The position numbers were made by a program, and so were the translations under genes. Below the pieces are notes generated by a model. The model saw only the letters and a program-made list of their open reading frames with translations. It ran no database searches and was not told where the DNA came from. A DNA stretch of 64,000 nucleotides from Fimbriimonadia bacterium. GTDB lineage: Bacteria > Armatimonadota > Fimbriimonadia > Fimbriimonadales > JABRVX01. The DNA is taken from the NCBI GenBank assembly GCA_041483895.1, contig JBGPGO010000004.1, forward strand, positions 172,590 through 236,589, given 5' to 3'. The stretch's first letter is position 1, and every line of letters starts with the position of its first letter. This document shows, one piece after another, positions 47,554 to 57,009 of this stretch.

Positions 47554-48347
47554 GGGTTGCCGCCTCACTCGCAATCTGTTGCATAGGAATATCCGGGTGC
47601 GGCAGACCGCATGCTCCGTCGGTGAGGAAATTCACACTGACGACAGGAGGTACAGTGGAATTAGCTGCCGTTTCGCACCCTGGCTCCAAAACATCCTGGA
47701 ATGGTGGCGGAAAGCGACTCCCTTCGTATATAAATACTAATGTCACTCAGATGCTCGAAGCATTCTCCGGACTTCCAGGAGCTACCGGTAGCTTTTGGGA
47801 AAAGAATCGAATTATCACGCTGAGATTGCATCCTGCAACACTTGGTGAACCGAGCGTTGTTTGGAATGCTTCCGGCGGCAGCGGCTCGTCAGGCGTCGAA
47901 CCAATCCGAACTGGCGATCCAAGATCGGACTACCTCGCAAGCAACCTTTGCAACTTCAAATTAGGCACGCAGTCTGCAAATTTTGATGTTGGTGTTGCGG
48001 ATGGCAAGTGGAAGGTTGTAGCAAAAGCCAATATATCCAAGGGATCGATAACCCGAACTTCGGGATTGTCAATGATAGTGTCAGTATCAGAAAAACCAAA
48101 TACACGCGGTCAAGATCATGTATGTGACGTCGAAATTCCCACGCGGATGGCAGATCGAAGCGAAGCGCTGTCCGTCGTCGCTTATGATCAAACTGAGAAA
48201 CCGATGCGGTCGGCAGGCAGTTGGGGTGGGCCATCGATGTCCCATTACTTCTTTATGGGAAGCGTAAATGATGTATCCCGCGTCGAAGTTCGTACTCGAC
48301 CATATCAGTGGATAACATTCAAAGACGTTAGGATGAATCCAAATTGA
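47550..48347 (+). CDS. Hypothetical lipoprotein
   Basis: MRVAASLAICCIGISGC lipobox; visibly more AT-rich than its neighbours; 4-nt overlaps at both ends. Confidence 0.65.
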   Translation: MRVAASLAICCIGISGCGRPHAPSVRKFTLTTGGTVELAAVSHPGSKTSWNGGGKRLPSYINTNVTQMLEAFSGLPGATGSFWEKNRIITLRLHPATLGEPSVVWNASGGSGSSGVEPIRTGDPRSDYLASNLCNFKLGTQSANFDVGVADGKWKVVAKANISKGSITRTSGLSMIVSVSEKPNTRGQDHVCDVEIPTRMADRSEALSVVAYDQTEKPMRSAGSWGGPSMSHYFFMGSVNDVSRVEVRTRPYQWITFKDVRMNPN

Positions 48348-49249
48348 AATACGGCCACGTCCATGGACTCGATAAACCGATCTCTAAGATCGTCCTCGGC
48401 AGCACGCTGCTGTCAACCGACCGGCTGGACGAGAGCTTCGCCATCCTCGACACCTACTTCGAGCTGGGCGGCAATGCAGTGGACACCGCCCACTGTTACG
48501 GCCCAAAGACCAGCGGCGCGCTGGGGCAGTGGATGGAGGCGCGGGGCGTGCGGGACAAGATGGTGCTGTACGACAAGGGCTGCCATCCATACGGCGAGGA
48601 GCGGCTGACGGTCGCGTGCCTGCGCTCGGATCTGGCGGAGAACTTGGAGCGGCTGCGGACGGACCATGTGGATGTGTGGGTGTTCCATCGCGATGATCCG
48701 ACGCAGCCATTGGCGCCGATCATCCAAGAACTCAACGATCAAAAGGCGAAGGGGACGATGCAGGCGTTCGGCGGCTCTAATTGGAGCATTTCGCGTGTCG
48801 AGGAGGCAAACCGGGTGGCGGCGGAGTTGGGTATGCAGGGCTTTTCGCTCAACAACCCCAACCTATCTTTGGCGACGGTGAACGAGCCGATGTGGGCGGG
48901 TTGCGTGACGATTGACAAGGCTGGCCGCGATTGGCACGAGCGGACGCAGTTCCCGCTTTTCGCGTGGTCCTCCATGGGCGGCGGGTTCTTCGCGGGAGTG
49001 GAGACGCCGGACGTGATGCGCGTGTATGCCAACGAGGAAAACTATCGGCGGAAGGCGCGGCTGGAGGAACTCGCTCGCAAAAAGGGCGTCCATCCTGCCC
49101 CACTCGCGCTCGCGTGGACCCTGCACCAACCGTTCCCGGTCTTCGCCCTCTGCGGCTGCGCCAACCCAGAGGAGGTCCGCGGCGTGGTTTCGTCGCTGGG
49201 GATCGAAATGACCGACGAGGAGTCGCGGTGGTTGGAATTCGGCGAGTAG
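48344..49249 (+). CDS. Aldo/keto reductase
   Basis: GGNAVDTAHCYG, KGCHP, LERLRTDHVD..HRDD, FGGSNW. Confidence 0.92.
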   Translation: MKYGHVHGLDKPISKIVLGSTLLSTDRLDESFAILDTYFELGGNAVDTAHCYGPKTSGALGQWMEARGVRDKMVLYDKGCHPYGEERLTVACLRSDLAENLERLRTDHVDVWVFHRDDPTQPLAPIIQELNDQKAKGTMQAFGGSNWSISRVEEANRVAAELGMQGFSLNNPNLSLATVNEPMWAGCVTIDKAGRDWHERTQFPLFAWSSMGGGFFAGVETPDVMRVYANEENYRRKARLEELARKKGVHPAPLALAWTLHQPFPVFALCGCANPEEVRGVVSSLGIEMTDEESRWLEFGE

Positions 49250-50133
49250 CCGACCAGTTTGGCCGTGCGTTTTTTCACTGTCGCCAAGGTCGTCACCTTG
49301 CCCGAAGACGTAATCGATTTTAGAATCGGATCATCTCGTTCCCAGTCCAGAACATAGATCGACCCGTTCGGACCCATCGCCACGCCGGCAGGCTCGGAAA
49401 AGCCGGTCGCAACGGTGGTGACCGCGCCCTTCGGCGTCACCTTCTTGATCAGCCGATCCTGATCGTCGGCGACATAGAGGTTGCCCGCCGCGTCAAACAC
49501 CATGCCGCGCGCGCCGCGAAAACCTGAGGCGAATGTCGTGACGGTTCTGTCCATCGCCACCTTCCGAATCGTGGTGTCGTTATCGGCCAGGTAGAGCGAT
49601 CTGTCCTTGCCCCAGACGAAGTTGCTGCCGTGCAGACTCGCGAACTGGGCCGCCGTACCCTTGCCGTCCTTCTGGCCCCAGACGCCGCCGGCAAGAACCG
49701 TGACCTTGCCGGTCTTATCGACGCGGACAATCTCAGATCGCTTCCATTGCGTTTCTCGCCAGCCGATGATGTCCCCATTTGGCGCGATGGCAATCGGATC
49801 GCCGCCGTCGCCTAGCTGCATATCTTTCGGCTTTTTGCCGTAGGCCGCAACTTTGCCGGTGGAAGATATCCTGCAGACCTGCCCATCCCGATCCCCGCAC
49901 GTCATCAGTTCACCTTTGTAGATCATTAGGTGGTGTGGGACTTGGCCAAGCGATCCGGCGGCGTGAGCGAACTCCGTCACCTTCCCGTCCTTGTATCGCA
50001 TAATCCGGTCGCGGATGCCATGGACGAAATACACCGCGCCGTCCTTCCTGACGACGATGCCGGTGCCGACATGTGCAGCAACCATATTAGAGAGTAAGAC
50101 GGCAAGCAGCAGAAGCGCTTTGGTGCCAATCAT
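49042..50133 (-). CDS. Secreted NHL-repeat beta-propeller protein
   Basis: Signal peptide; repeats RGMVFDAAGNLYVAD, PAGVAMGPNGSIYVLD, DGKGTAAQF. The 3' end overlaps the AKR gene. Confidence 0.8.
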   Translation of the reverse strand: MIGTKALLLLAVLLSNMVAAHVGTGIVVRKDGAVYFVHGIRDRIMRYKDGKVTEFAHAAGSLGQVPHHLMIYKGELMTCGDRDGQVCRISSTGKVAAYGKKPKDMQLGDGGDPIAIAPNGDIIGWRETQWKRSEIVRVDKTGKVTVLAGGVWGQKDGKGTAAQFASLHGSNFVWGKDRSLYLADNDTTIRKVAMDRTVTTFASGFRGARGMVFDAAGNLYVADDQDRLIKKVTPKGAVTTVATGFSEPAGVAMGPNGSIYVLDWERDDPILKSITSSGKVTTLATVKKRTAKLVGYSPNSNHRDSSSVISIPSDETTPRTSSGLAQPQRAKTGNGWCRVHASASGAGWTPFLRASSSSRAFRR

Positions 50134-50170
50134 CAGCAGATCATACTTTAAGCAACGCTCGAAAGTTCCT

Positions 50171-51055
50171 CTATTGTTGAATGGCGCTGGCGAATCGGCG
50201 GTAAGCCACCTGTTGATGAAGCGCGATTTGCAATACCAGTGGTTGGAGATCGCCAGAGTCCGCACGCTCCAAAGTGTCTATGTACGTTGTCTTATCGTCC
50301 AACGGAATTATCATGGGGAAAAACCCTCCGCGAATGAGGACCATCGAGGCAAGTGCCCGCGCGACACGACCGTTGCCATCCTGAAAAGGGTGTATTTGCG
50401 TTAATCGGTGGTGCAACCAGGCAGCCTCAACATCAGGCGGGACGTTCACCACAACGTGCTCGAGGTGCATGTCCACTAATCGTTCCATTTCGCTGGCAGT
50501 TTGCTCCGGTGGACAGTAATAAAAGGTAGTGCCGTTGCGCTTCGGATAATTTGGATGTTTCTTCCAATCGCCGCGCAACATCTCAACCACATGTTTTCGA
50601 CCTTGCTGATCATAAACGTCGGTAGTCGTTTGCCTACGTGTCATGGTAGCGTGGAGTTCTTTGATATAACTAGTCGAAAGGGGCCGTTCTTGCTTTACAA
50701 AAGTAAATACGCCTTCCAGCGCGGCCTCCTGGTCCTCTATTAGGGCAACCACATCTTCCGCAGATCTGCCAGACGCACCGCCTAAAGGAATGTTCGCGGC
50801 CCTTATGCCCTTATCTATGAGAGTTTCAGTTACTCCTCGTTCGAGAATATAGAGATTTTCTATCTGTCCCGTCTCAATAGCCCACTCTCGATTGAGACGC
50901 TCGAGGAAGCTTCGTTTTGCGTCTAGGTGTAAGTTTGATTGACGTGCTACCCATTCTTCACGCATCTGGTCGAGGCTGGCAACATGAAGCGCCAGCCAAT
51001 TCCCTGGCAGATCTTCTATTCCCGTATCGGGATGCCAAATGAATTGTTTTTCCAT
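50171..51055 (-). CDS. Fic family protein
   Basis: Canonical HPFQDGNGRVAR motif; N-terminal TGQIEN inhibitory-type motif. Confidence 0.93.
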   Translation of the reverse strand: MEKQFIWHPDTGIEDLPGNWLALHVASLDQMREEWVARQSNLHLDAKRSFLERLNREWAIETGQIENLYILERGVTETLIDKGIRAANIPLGGASGRSAEDVVALIEDQEAALEGVFTFVKQERPLSTSYIKELHATMTRRQTTTDVYDQQGRKHVVEMLRGDWKKHPNYPKRNGTTFYYCPPEQTASEMERLVDMHLEHVVVNVPPDVEAAWLHHRLTQIHPFQDGNGRVARALASMVLIRGGFFPMIIPLDDKTTYIDTLERADSGDLQPLVLQIALHQQVAYRRFASAIQQ

Positions 51056-51072
51056 GGCACAAATTCGAAATC

Positions 51073-51948
51073 CTAACCCGACAAAGCGTTTGCGCCACCG
51101 ACGACCTCAAGGATCTCCTTGGTAATCGCCGCCTGCCGCACCTTGTTTGCATGCAGCTTCAGCTCCCGGATCATCTTGCCCGCGTTGTCCGTTGCCGAAG
51201 TCATTGCGGTCATTCGCGAGCCATGCTCGCTGGCGGTAGACTCTAGAATGGCCTGATAGACCTGGGTAAGCAGATATCTGGGAAGCAGCTTCCCGAGAAG
51301 CTCGGTGGAGTTGGGTTCGAATTCGTAGGCAGCCGTCCGCGATTGCGATGGAGCGTCACCCGCCGACGCCGCAGGTGGCTCAATGGGAAGGATCTGCGTC
51401 CAGACCGGCACCTGGCGCATCGCGGACATAAACTTGCTATACACCAGATAGATTGCGTCAACCTCTCCGCTCTCGAACAGCTCTCGGACCTGGTTGGTCA
51501 CTTGGATGGCATCATCGATCGTCGCACCCGAGGTGGCGAAACTGTAATGGCCGGACATTTCATACTTGCGCCGCCCGAAATAGCCCTGGCCCTTCTTCCC
51601 GCACGTGACCATGCGCCAATGGTCTTTTTCTTGCTTTTTGAGCGCCTCTTCGGCGAATCGGATAATGTTTGAGTTGAAGCTCCCGCATAGACCGCGATCA
51701 GAGGTCATCAGCAGCACTCCGGCGCGCTGCACCGGGCGCTTGACCAACAGCGGATGGTCTGGCAGGTCTCCGGCCGCGCCAAGCTTTCCCATCAGCTCCA
51801 GCATCTTGTCCGCGTAGGGCCGGGCCGCGATGACACGGTCCTGCGCGCGACGCAGGCGGGCGGCGGCGACCATTTTCATCGCCCGGGTGATCTGTTGGAT
51901 TCCCTCGGAGGTCTTGATGCGGGCCCGGACCTGCTTGAGCGTCGCCAA
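51073..51948 (-). CDS. atpG: ATP synthase F1 gamma subunit
   Basis: ITRAMKMVAAA, SDRGLCG, SEHGSRMTAM..ATDNA, RQAAITKEI. Confidence 0.98.
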   Translation of the reverse strand: MATLKQVRARIKTSEGIQQITRAMKMVAAARLRRAQDRVIAARPYADKMLELMGKLGAAGDLPDHPLLVKRPVQRAGVLLMTSDRGLCGSFNSNIIRFAEEALKKQEKDHWRMVTCGKKGQGYFGRRKYEMSGHYSFATSGATIDDAIQVTNQVRELFESGEVDAIYLVYSKFMSAMRQVPVWTQILPIEPPAASAGDAPSQSRTAAYEFEPNSTELLGKLLPRYLLTQVYQAILESTASEHGSRMTAMTSATDNAGKMIRELKLHANKVRQAAITKEILEVVGGANALSG

Positions 51949-53472
51949 CTATGCAAAGACCTCGCTCTTGAATCGCGTGATGGCTTTCCGCAGCGTCTCT
52001 TCGGTCTCTTTTGAAAATTCCCCGCTCGTTCGAATCTGCTCGAGGACCTCCGGATAATCGGTCCGCACGAATAGCTGCAGCTCGGATTCGAATTTGTTGA
52101 TCTTCGCAATCTCGACATCGTCCAAGTAGCCGGCCGTTCCGCAGAATACGGAGACCACCTGCTCTTCGATCGGCATGGTCGCGAAGAGCTGCTGCTTCAG
52201 GAGCTCCGTCAGCTTTTGGCCTCGGAGGAGCTGGTTTTGGGTCGCCTTATCGAGGTCGGAGGCGAACTGCGCGAAGGCCCGAACCTCTCGGTACTGAGCC
52301 ATGTCCAATCGTAGGCTGCCCGCGACCTGCTTCATCGCTTTGATCTGCGCGGCGCCACCCACGCGGCTGACGGAGATGCCGACGTTGATGGCGGGGCGCA
52401 CACCGGCGAAGAATAGGTCCGGCTCCAGATAGATTTGGCCGTCCGTAATGGAAATAACGTTGGTCGGGATGTACGCGGACACGTCTCCGGACTGGGTCTC
52501 GATAATGGGCAGTGCGGTGAGGCTTCCTCCGCCCTTTTCGTCGTTCATCTTGGCGGCGCGCTCCAACAGGCGGCTGTGCAGGTAGAAAACATCCCCTGGA
52601 TAGGCCTCGCGTCCAGGCGGGCGGCGCAAAAGCAGGGACACAGCGCGGTAGGACACCGCATGCTTCGACAGGTCGTCGTAGACGACGAGGGCGTGCATTC
52701 CGTTGTCGCGGAAGTACTCGCCGATCGTCGCGCCAGCGAACGGGGCGAGGTACTGCATGGCGTTCGAGTCATCGGCGGACGCCACGATGACGACGGAGTA
52801 TTTCATTGCACCTGCCTGGCGAAGCGACTCTACGACTCGTGCCACCGTGGACATGCGTTGTCCGATGGCGACATAGATGCAATACACGGGCTTATCCGTC
52901 TGCTGGGAATGGGTCTGATTGATGATGGTATCGACGCAGATGGCGGTCTTGCCGGTCTGCCTATCGCCGATGACCAACTCGCGCTGGCCACGCCCTATCG
53001 GGATCATGCTGTCGATGGCCTTGATGCCGGTTTGCAGCGGCTCTTTGACCGGCTGGCGCTCGACAACACCAGGAGCGAGGACCTCAATTCGGCTGAACTG
53101 CTCGGAGGCGATCGGCCCTCCGTCGTCTATCGGATGGCCGAGCGAGTTGATTACGCGACCCAAAACCCCCATGCCGACCGGGATTTCAATAATTCGACCG
53201 GAGCGCTTGACCTCATCCCCTTCCTTGATCTTTACGTCAGACCCAAGGATGACCGCGCCGATGTTGTCCTCTTCCAGGTTCAGCGCGAGACCGAAAACGC
53301 CGCCGGGAAACTCCAGCAGCTCGCCCATCATGGTATCTCGCAGTCCATAAACGCGGGCGATTCCATCCCCCACCTGGAGGACCGTTCCAACGCTTTCAAC
53401 GGCGACGCCGGCTTGGTAGGTGGAAAGTTCTTTCTCGAGGATGCTCGTAATCTCTTCAGGCCGAATGGGCAT
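51949..53472 (-). CDS. atpA: ATP synthase F1 alpha subunit
   Basis: [38 protein letters not shown]. Confidence 0.99.
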   Translation of the reverse strand: MPIRPEEITSILEKELSTYQAGVAVESVGTVLQVGDGIARVYGLRDTMMGELLEFPGGVFGLALNLEEDNIGAVILGSDVKIKEGDEVKRSGRIIEIPVGMGVLGRVINSLGHPIDDGGPIASEQFSRIEVLAPGVVERQPVKEPLQTGIKAIDSMIPIGRGQRELVIGDRQTGKTAICVDTIINQTHSQQTDKPVYCIYVAIGQRMSTVARVVESLRQAGAMKYSVVIVASADDSNAMQYLAPFAGATIGEYFRDNGMHALVVYDDLSKHAVSYRAVSLLLRRPPGREAYPGDVFYLHSRLLERAAKMNDEKGGGSLTALPIIETQSGDVSAYIPTNVISITDGQIYLEPDLFFAGVRPAINVGISVSRVGGAAQIKAMKQVAGSLRLDMAQYREVRAFAQFASDLDKATQNQLLRGQKLTELLKQQLFATMPIEEQVVSVFCGTAGYLDDVEIAKINKFESELQLFVRTDYPEVLEQIRTSGEFSKETEETLRKAITRFKSEVFA

Positions 53473-53649
53473 GTCGGTACCGTCCCTGTAAATTCCGCGC
53501 CGACTGTGATTAATGGCGCAATCCGGGGCAGTTATACCCTGGGGACGGACCATTCAGCAACAAGCCATTGGGCTGCCCGACACGGCGTTCTTCTCCTGAA
53601 TGTCCGCCACTGTGGCTTGCTTGCTTGAACAGCCCGATGTGCCCTCCGT

Positions 53650-53921
53650 ATGGGTCATAGAGGTCGTATATGTCGTATAAGTCCTATATGACCCATCTCG
53701 ATTCGACCGGACCGACCGATTCGGAGGGCGCATCGGACGTCGGCTCACGGGCGAGGCAGGCCTGTCCCGAGGAACGAGGAGAGGTGGCGAGGATGTGTTC
53801 GGGTTCACTCCCGCCGATACCCCCGGCGCGCCGATATCCTAGACCCGAACACATCCGGAACGAACACCCTTCACAGTGCGACTGTGAAGGGATAGCAACC
53901 CGTGGCGACTGTGAAGGGATA
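53650..53921. repeat. Intergenic cluster of several palindromic repeat families
   Basis: ATGGGTCATA..TATGACCCAT (53650-53696); GGATGTGTTCGGGT/ACCCGAACACATCC (53791-53856); CCCTTCACAGTGCGACTGTGAAGGG (53867-53891) plus a half copy at 53905. Confidence 0.8.
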
Positions 53922-53993
53922 ACTTGCCCGGAAAACCATTGCCTGACTCGCTTGAATAGCTGGGTCCACCCCGCCTGAGTACAATGCTGCCGT

Positions 53994-55820
53994 ATGCTTC
54001 CGTTTGCTGACCGGCTAAAGAAGGGCGTCCTGGGTATCGATGGGGCGATGGGCACCGTGTTGCAGGACATGGGCCTCCATCCGCCCTTCGATATGGCCTG
54101 CCTAACCCACCCGGAGCAGGTAGTTGAGGTCCACAAGCGATACATCGACGCCGGGGCCGAAATCATCGAGACGGCGAGCTACAGTTCCAACCGCGTGAAG
54201 CTGTCGATGACCGGGTACGAGGAATACCTGGAGGAGCTGAATCGGCGGTCGATGGAGCTTGCCAGGGAGGCTGCCGGCGAGCGGGTGTACGTTTTCGCGT
54301 CCATGGGCCCGGTTGGAAGGCCGCTGGCGCCGGTGGGTTCGATCCCGGACGATGTGGCGGAGGCGGCGTTCCGGGAGCAGGCGTCGGCGCTCCTCAAGAA
54401 CCCTCCGGACGGATTCATTCTCGAGACCTTCTACGACATGCACGAGTTCCGAATCGCTGTGCGGGTCGTGAAGGAGATGACGGATCTGCCGATCATCGCA
54501 TGCAAGACATTCATCGAAGACGGCGACACATTGGCGCAGGGGCTTCCGGAGCGTGTGGCGGCGGAGATGCAGGAGTGGGATGTTGCCGTAATCGGGACGA
54601 ACTGCACAGTGGGTCCGCAACGAATGCTGGACATCGTGCGGCAGATGGTGGAGGTTTCCCGGCTGCCGATCATCGCCATGCCGACACCGGGCCTGCCGCA
54701 ACTGGCGCGCGGACGAATTCTGTACGATACGACGCCGGAATACTTTGCCAAGAACTGCCTTCGTCTGGTAGAGGCGGGCGCAACGATCATCGGCGGCTGC
54801 TGTGGGGTGACACCGGATCATATTCGCGCGGTTTCCGCGCTGGTTAAGGGTGTCAAGCCGGGATCGCGTCCCGTGGTTGGGAAGACAAAGGAGCGTGCCG
54901 TCCCGGCAGAGATCCTTGAACTGGACCGCTCGCAGTTCGGCATGAATTTGGGCCGCAAGTTCCAGATTGCCGTCGAGCTGGACCTGCCGCGCGGTTTGGA
55001 CATGACGAAGGTCCTCACCGGCGCTGCGGCATTAAAGGAGAAAGGCGTCAGCATTATCGACATTTCCGACGGGGCGCGGGCACGATTGCGAATGAACCCT
55101 GTTGCGGTGGCGCGGCTGATACAAGAGCAGTGCGGCATCGAGGTGATGATGCACTTCTCCTGCCGAGATCGCAATTTGCTCGCGATCCAGGCGGACCTTT
55201 TGGGGGCGCGGGCGCTGGGGATCAACAACATTCTCGCCGTGACCGGGGACCCGGCATCCATCGGCGACTACCCGACCGCCACAAGCGTATTCGATATCGA
55301 TTCCATCGGGCTGGTGCGAGTGCTGAAGCGGCTGAACGAGGGCGTCGATATGGCAGGGAACAGCATCGGGGTCCGGACCAACTTCACGATCGCGGTTGCC
55401 TTCGATCCGCGGTCGCAAAACCTAGAAGCCGAAGTGGACCGACTAAAGAGGAAGGCGGAGGCGGGGGCGCATGTCGTGTATACGCAGCCGCTTTTCGATG
55501 TGGAAACCGTGCGGTATGCCGTCGCGGTGTGTGGGGAGGTGGGGTTGCCGCTCATGGTCGGGGTGCTGCCTTTGCGGAGCACGCGTCATGCCGAATTCAT
55601 GCACAACGAAGTGCCCGGGATTCATATTCCCGACTGGATTCGTAAGCAGATGGAGGATGCGGAGCCGGATCAGGCCGCGGACCTGGGGATCGCGCTCGCG
55701 CGCAACCTTGTCGCGGAAATCCATCCGTTTACCCAGGGACTGTATTTGATGCCTCCGTTTGGCAATCATCGGGTCGCTGAAGCGGTTATCGAAGTAATCC
55801 AGGATAAGATGAAATCATGA
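53994..55820 (+). CDS. yitJ: Bifunctional homocysteine S-methyltransferase / methylenetetrahydrofolate reductase
   Basis: DGAMGT, GTNCTVGP, IGGCCG, VELDLP, HFSCRDRN, TGDP, TQP, HNEVPGI. Confidence 0.93.
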   Translation: MLPFADRLKKGVLGIDGAMGTVLQDMGLHPPFDMACLTHPEQVVEVHKRYIDAGAEIIETASYSSNRVKLSMTGYEEYLEELNRRSMELAREAAGERVYVFASMGPVGRPLAPVGSIPDDVAEAAFREQASALLKNPPDGFILETFYDMHEFRIAVRVVKEMTDLPIIACKTFIEDGDTLAQGLPERVAAEMQEWDVAVIGTNCTVGPQRMLDIVRQMVEVSRLPIIAMPTPGLPQLARGRILYDTTPEYFAKNCLRLVEAGATIIGGCCGVTPDHIRAVSALVKGVKPGSRPVVGKTKERAVPAEILELDRSQFGMNLGRKFQIAVELDLPRGLDMTKVLTGAAALKEKGVSIIDISDGARARLRMNPVAVARLIQEQCGIEVMMHFSCRDRNLLAIQADLLGARALGINNILAVTGDPASIGDYPTATSVFDIDSIGLVRVLKRLNEGVDMAGNSIGVRTNFTIAVAFDPRSQNLEAEVDRLKRKAEAGAHVVYTQPLFDVETVRYAVAVCGEVGLPLMVGVLPLRSTRHAEFMHNEVPGIHIPDWIRKQMEDAEPDQAADLGIALARNLVAEIHPFTQGLYLMPPFGNHRVAEAVIEVIQDKMKS

Positions 55821-56854
55821 CGACATTGGAATGGGTAGAGAAGCTGGCGGATGAAGGGCAAGAGTTTTGTCTCGGTGTGTTGGTCGCCAAGTCCGGATCG
55901 ACGCCGCAGATGCCGGGCGCGAAGGGACTTTTTCTGCCGGACGGGCGCGTGATCGGGACGTTGGGCGGGGGATGCTTGGAGATGGAAGCGCGGCGGCTAG
56001 CGCTCCTTTCGCTGCGCGACGGGCTTTGCCGCTACCAGGAGTTTCAGTTGGATTCCGATTTCGGATGGGATGACGGGTTGATCTGCGGGGGGCGCGTGCA
56101 GGTGTTTTTGCATCCGGTGGTGGATTCGTTTGCTGACGCGGTTCGCGCCGCCAATTCCGCTCGCGCTTCGGGAACCTCCGGCGCGTTGGTTTTTGGCCTT
56201 GCCGGTCCCGGTTTGGGATCTGTCCGGTTCTATGCCTCCACAGGTCCTCCTGTTGAGGCATGTTTTGAGACCTGTGTGGAAACGGGTCGGCCGGCATTGG
56301 CGCGGGACGGGGACGCGGCCTGGTTTGTCGATCCGATCCTTCCGCCCGAACGGCTGGTGATCTATGGCGCGGGACACATCGCCACCGCACTTTGCGCTTT
56401 GGCCGGCCAATGTGACTTCTCAGTCACAGTGATAGACGACCGGTCCAGCTATGCGAACGCGGAACGTCTGCCTACCGCCGATGAGATATTGGTCGAGAAC
56501 CCGGAAGATGCGGCGGCGCGACTGCCGATGGATGAACGGACCTACGTTTGCGTGGTGACGAGAGGGCATCGAAACGACGCGCGCGTCTTGCGGCATATTG
56601 TGGCGAAACCCGCCGCCTACATCGGCATGATCGGCAGCCGGCGCAAGGTGGCGGTGTTGCGCGAGCAGTTCTTGGAAGAGTCCATCTGTACCGAGGCGCA
56701 GTTCGATCGCGTAAAGAGCCCGATGGGATTGGATATCGGGTCCGAAACGGTGGTGGAGATCGCCGTTTCCATCTTGGCCGAGTTGCTGAAAGTGCGCGCC
56801 GAACGCCGTGGCCCTGTGCTTGCGCGGTGCGGGCAGAAACCCCTAAAGGTATGA
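55817..56854 (+). CDS. XdhC/CoxI family protein
   Basis: GSTPQMPGA, GTLGGGCLE, GLICGG, GAGHIA, TRGH, YIGMIGSRRK, PMGLDIG. Confidence 0.93.
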   Translation: MTTLEWVEKLADEGQEFCLGVLVAKSGSTPQMPGAKGLFLPDGRVIGTLGGGCLEMEARRLALLSLRDGLCRYQEFQLDSDFGWDDGLICGGRVQVFLHPVVDSFADAVRAANSARASGTSGALVFGLAGPGLGSVRFYASTGPPVEACFETCVETGRPALARDGDAAWFVDPILPPERLVIYGAGHIATALCALAGQCDFSVTVIDDRSSYANAERLPTADEILVENPEDAAARLPMDERTYVCVVTRGHRNDARVLRHIVAKPAAYIGMIGSRRKVAVLREQFLEESICTEAQFDRVKSPMGLDIGSETVVEIAVSILAELLKVRAERRGPVLARCGQKPLKV

Positions 56855-56864
56855 TCGACGAAGG

Positions 56865-56988
56865 TTGTCATTCCGAGCTTGCGAGGAATCTGGCTGTCAT
56901 CAGGAAAAGCTACTTGCGGGCAGGTTCCTCGCAAGCTCGGAATGACAAATTCGCGTTTTCGACATCCCTTCACAGTCGTACTGTGAAG
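56865..56988. repeat. GTCATTCCGAGCTTGCGAGGAA inverted pair plus a CTTCACAGT palindrome
   Basis: Inverted arms at 56865-56888 and 56925-56948; ATCCCTTCACAGTCGTACTGTGAAG at 56964-56988. Confidence 0.85.
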
Positions 56989-57009
56989 CGTTAAGACAGG
57001 AGTTGATCG

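Noticed and set aside
52435..53628. 397-aa plus-strand ORF
   Set aside because: Antisense shadow of atpA, typical of GC-rich codon usage.
53700..53990. SAM riboswitch upstream of yitJ
   Set aside because: No SAM-I core was recognised; the region is explained by dispersed palindromic repeats, and a -10 box lies directly before the ATG.
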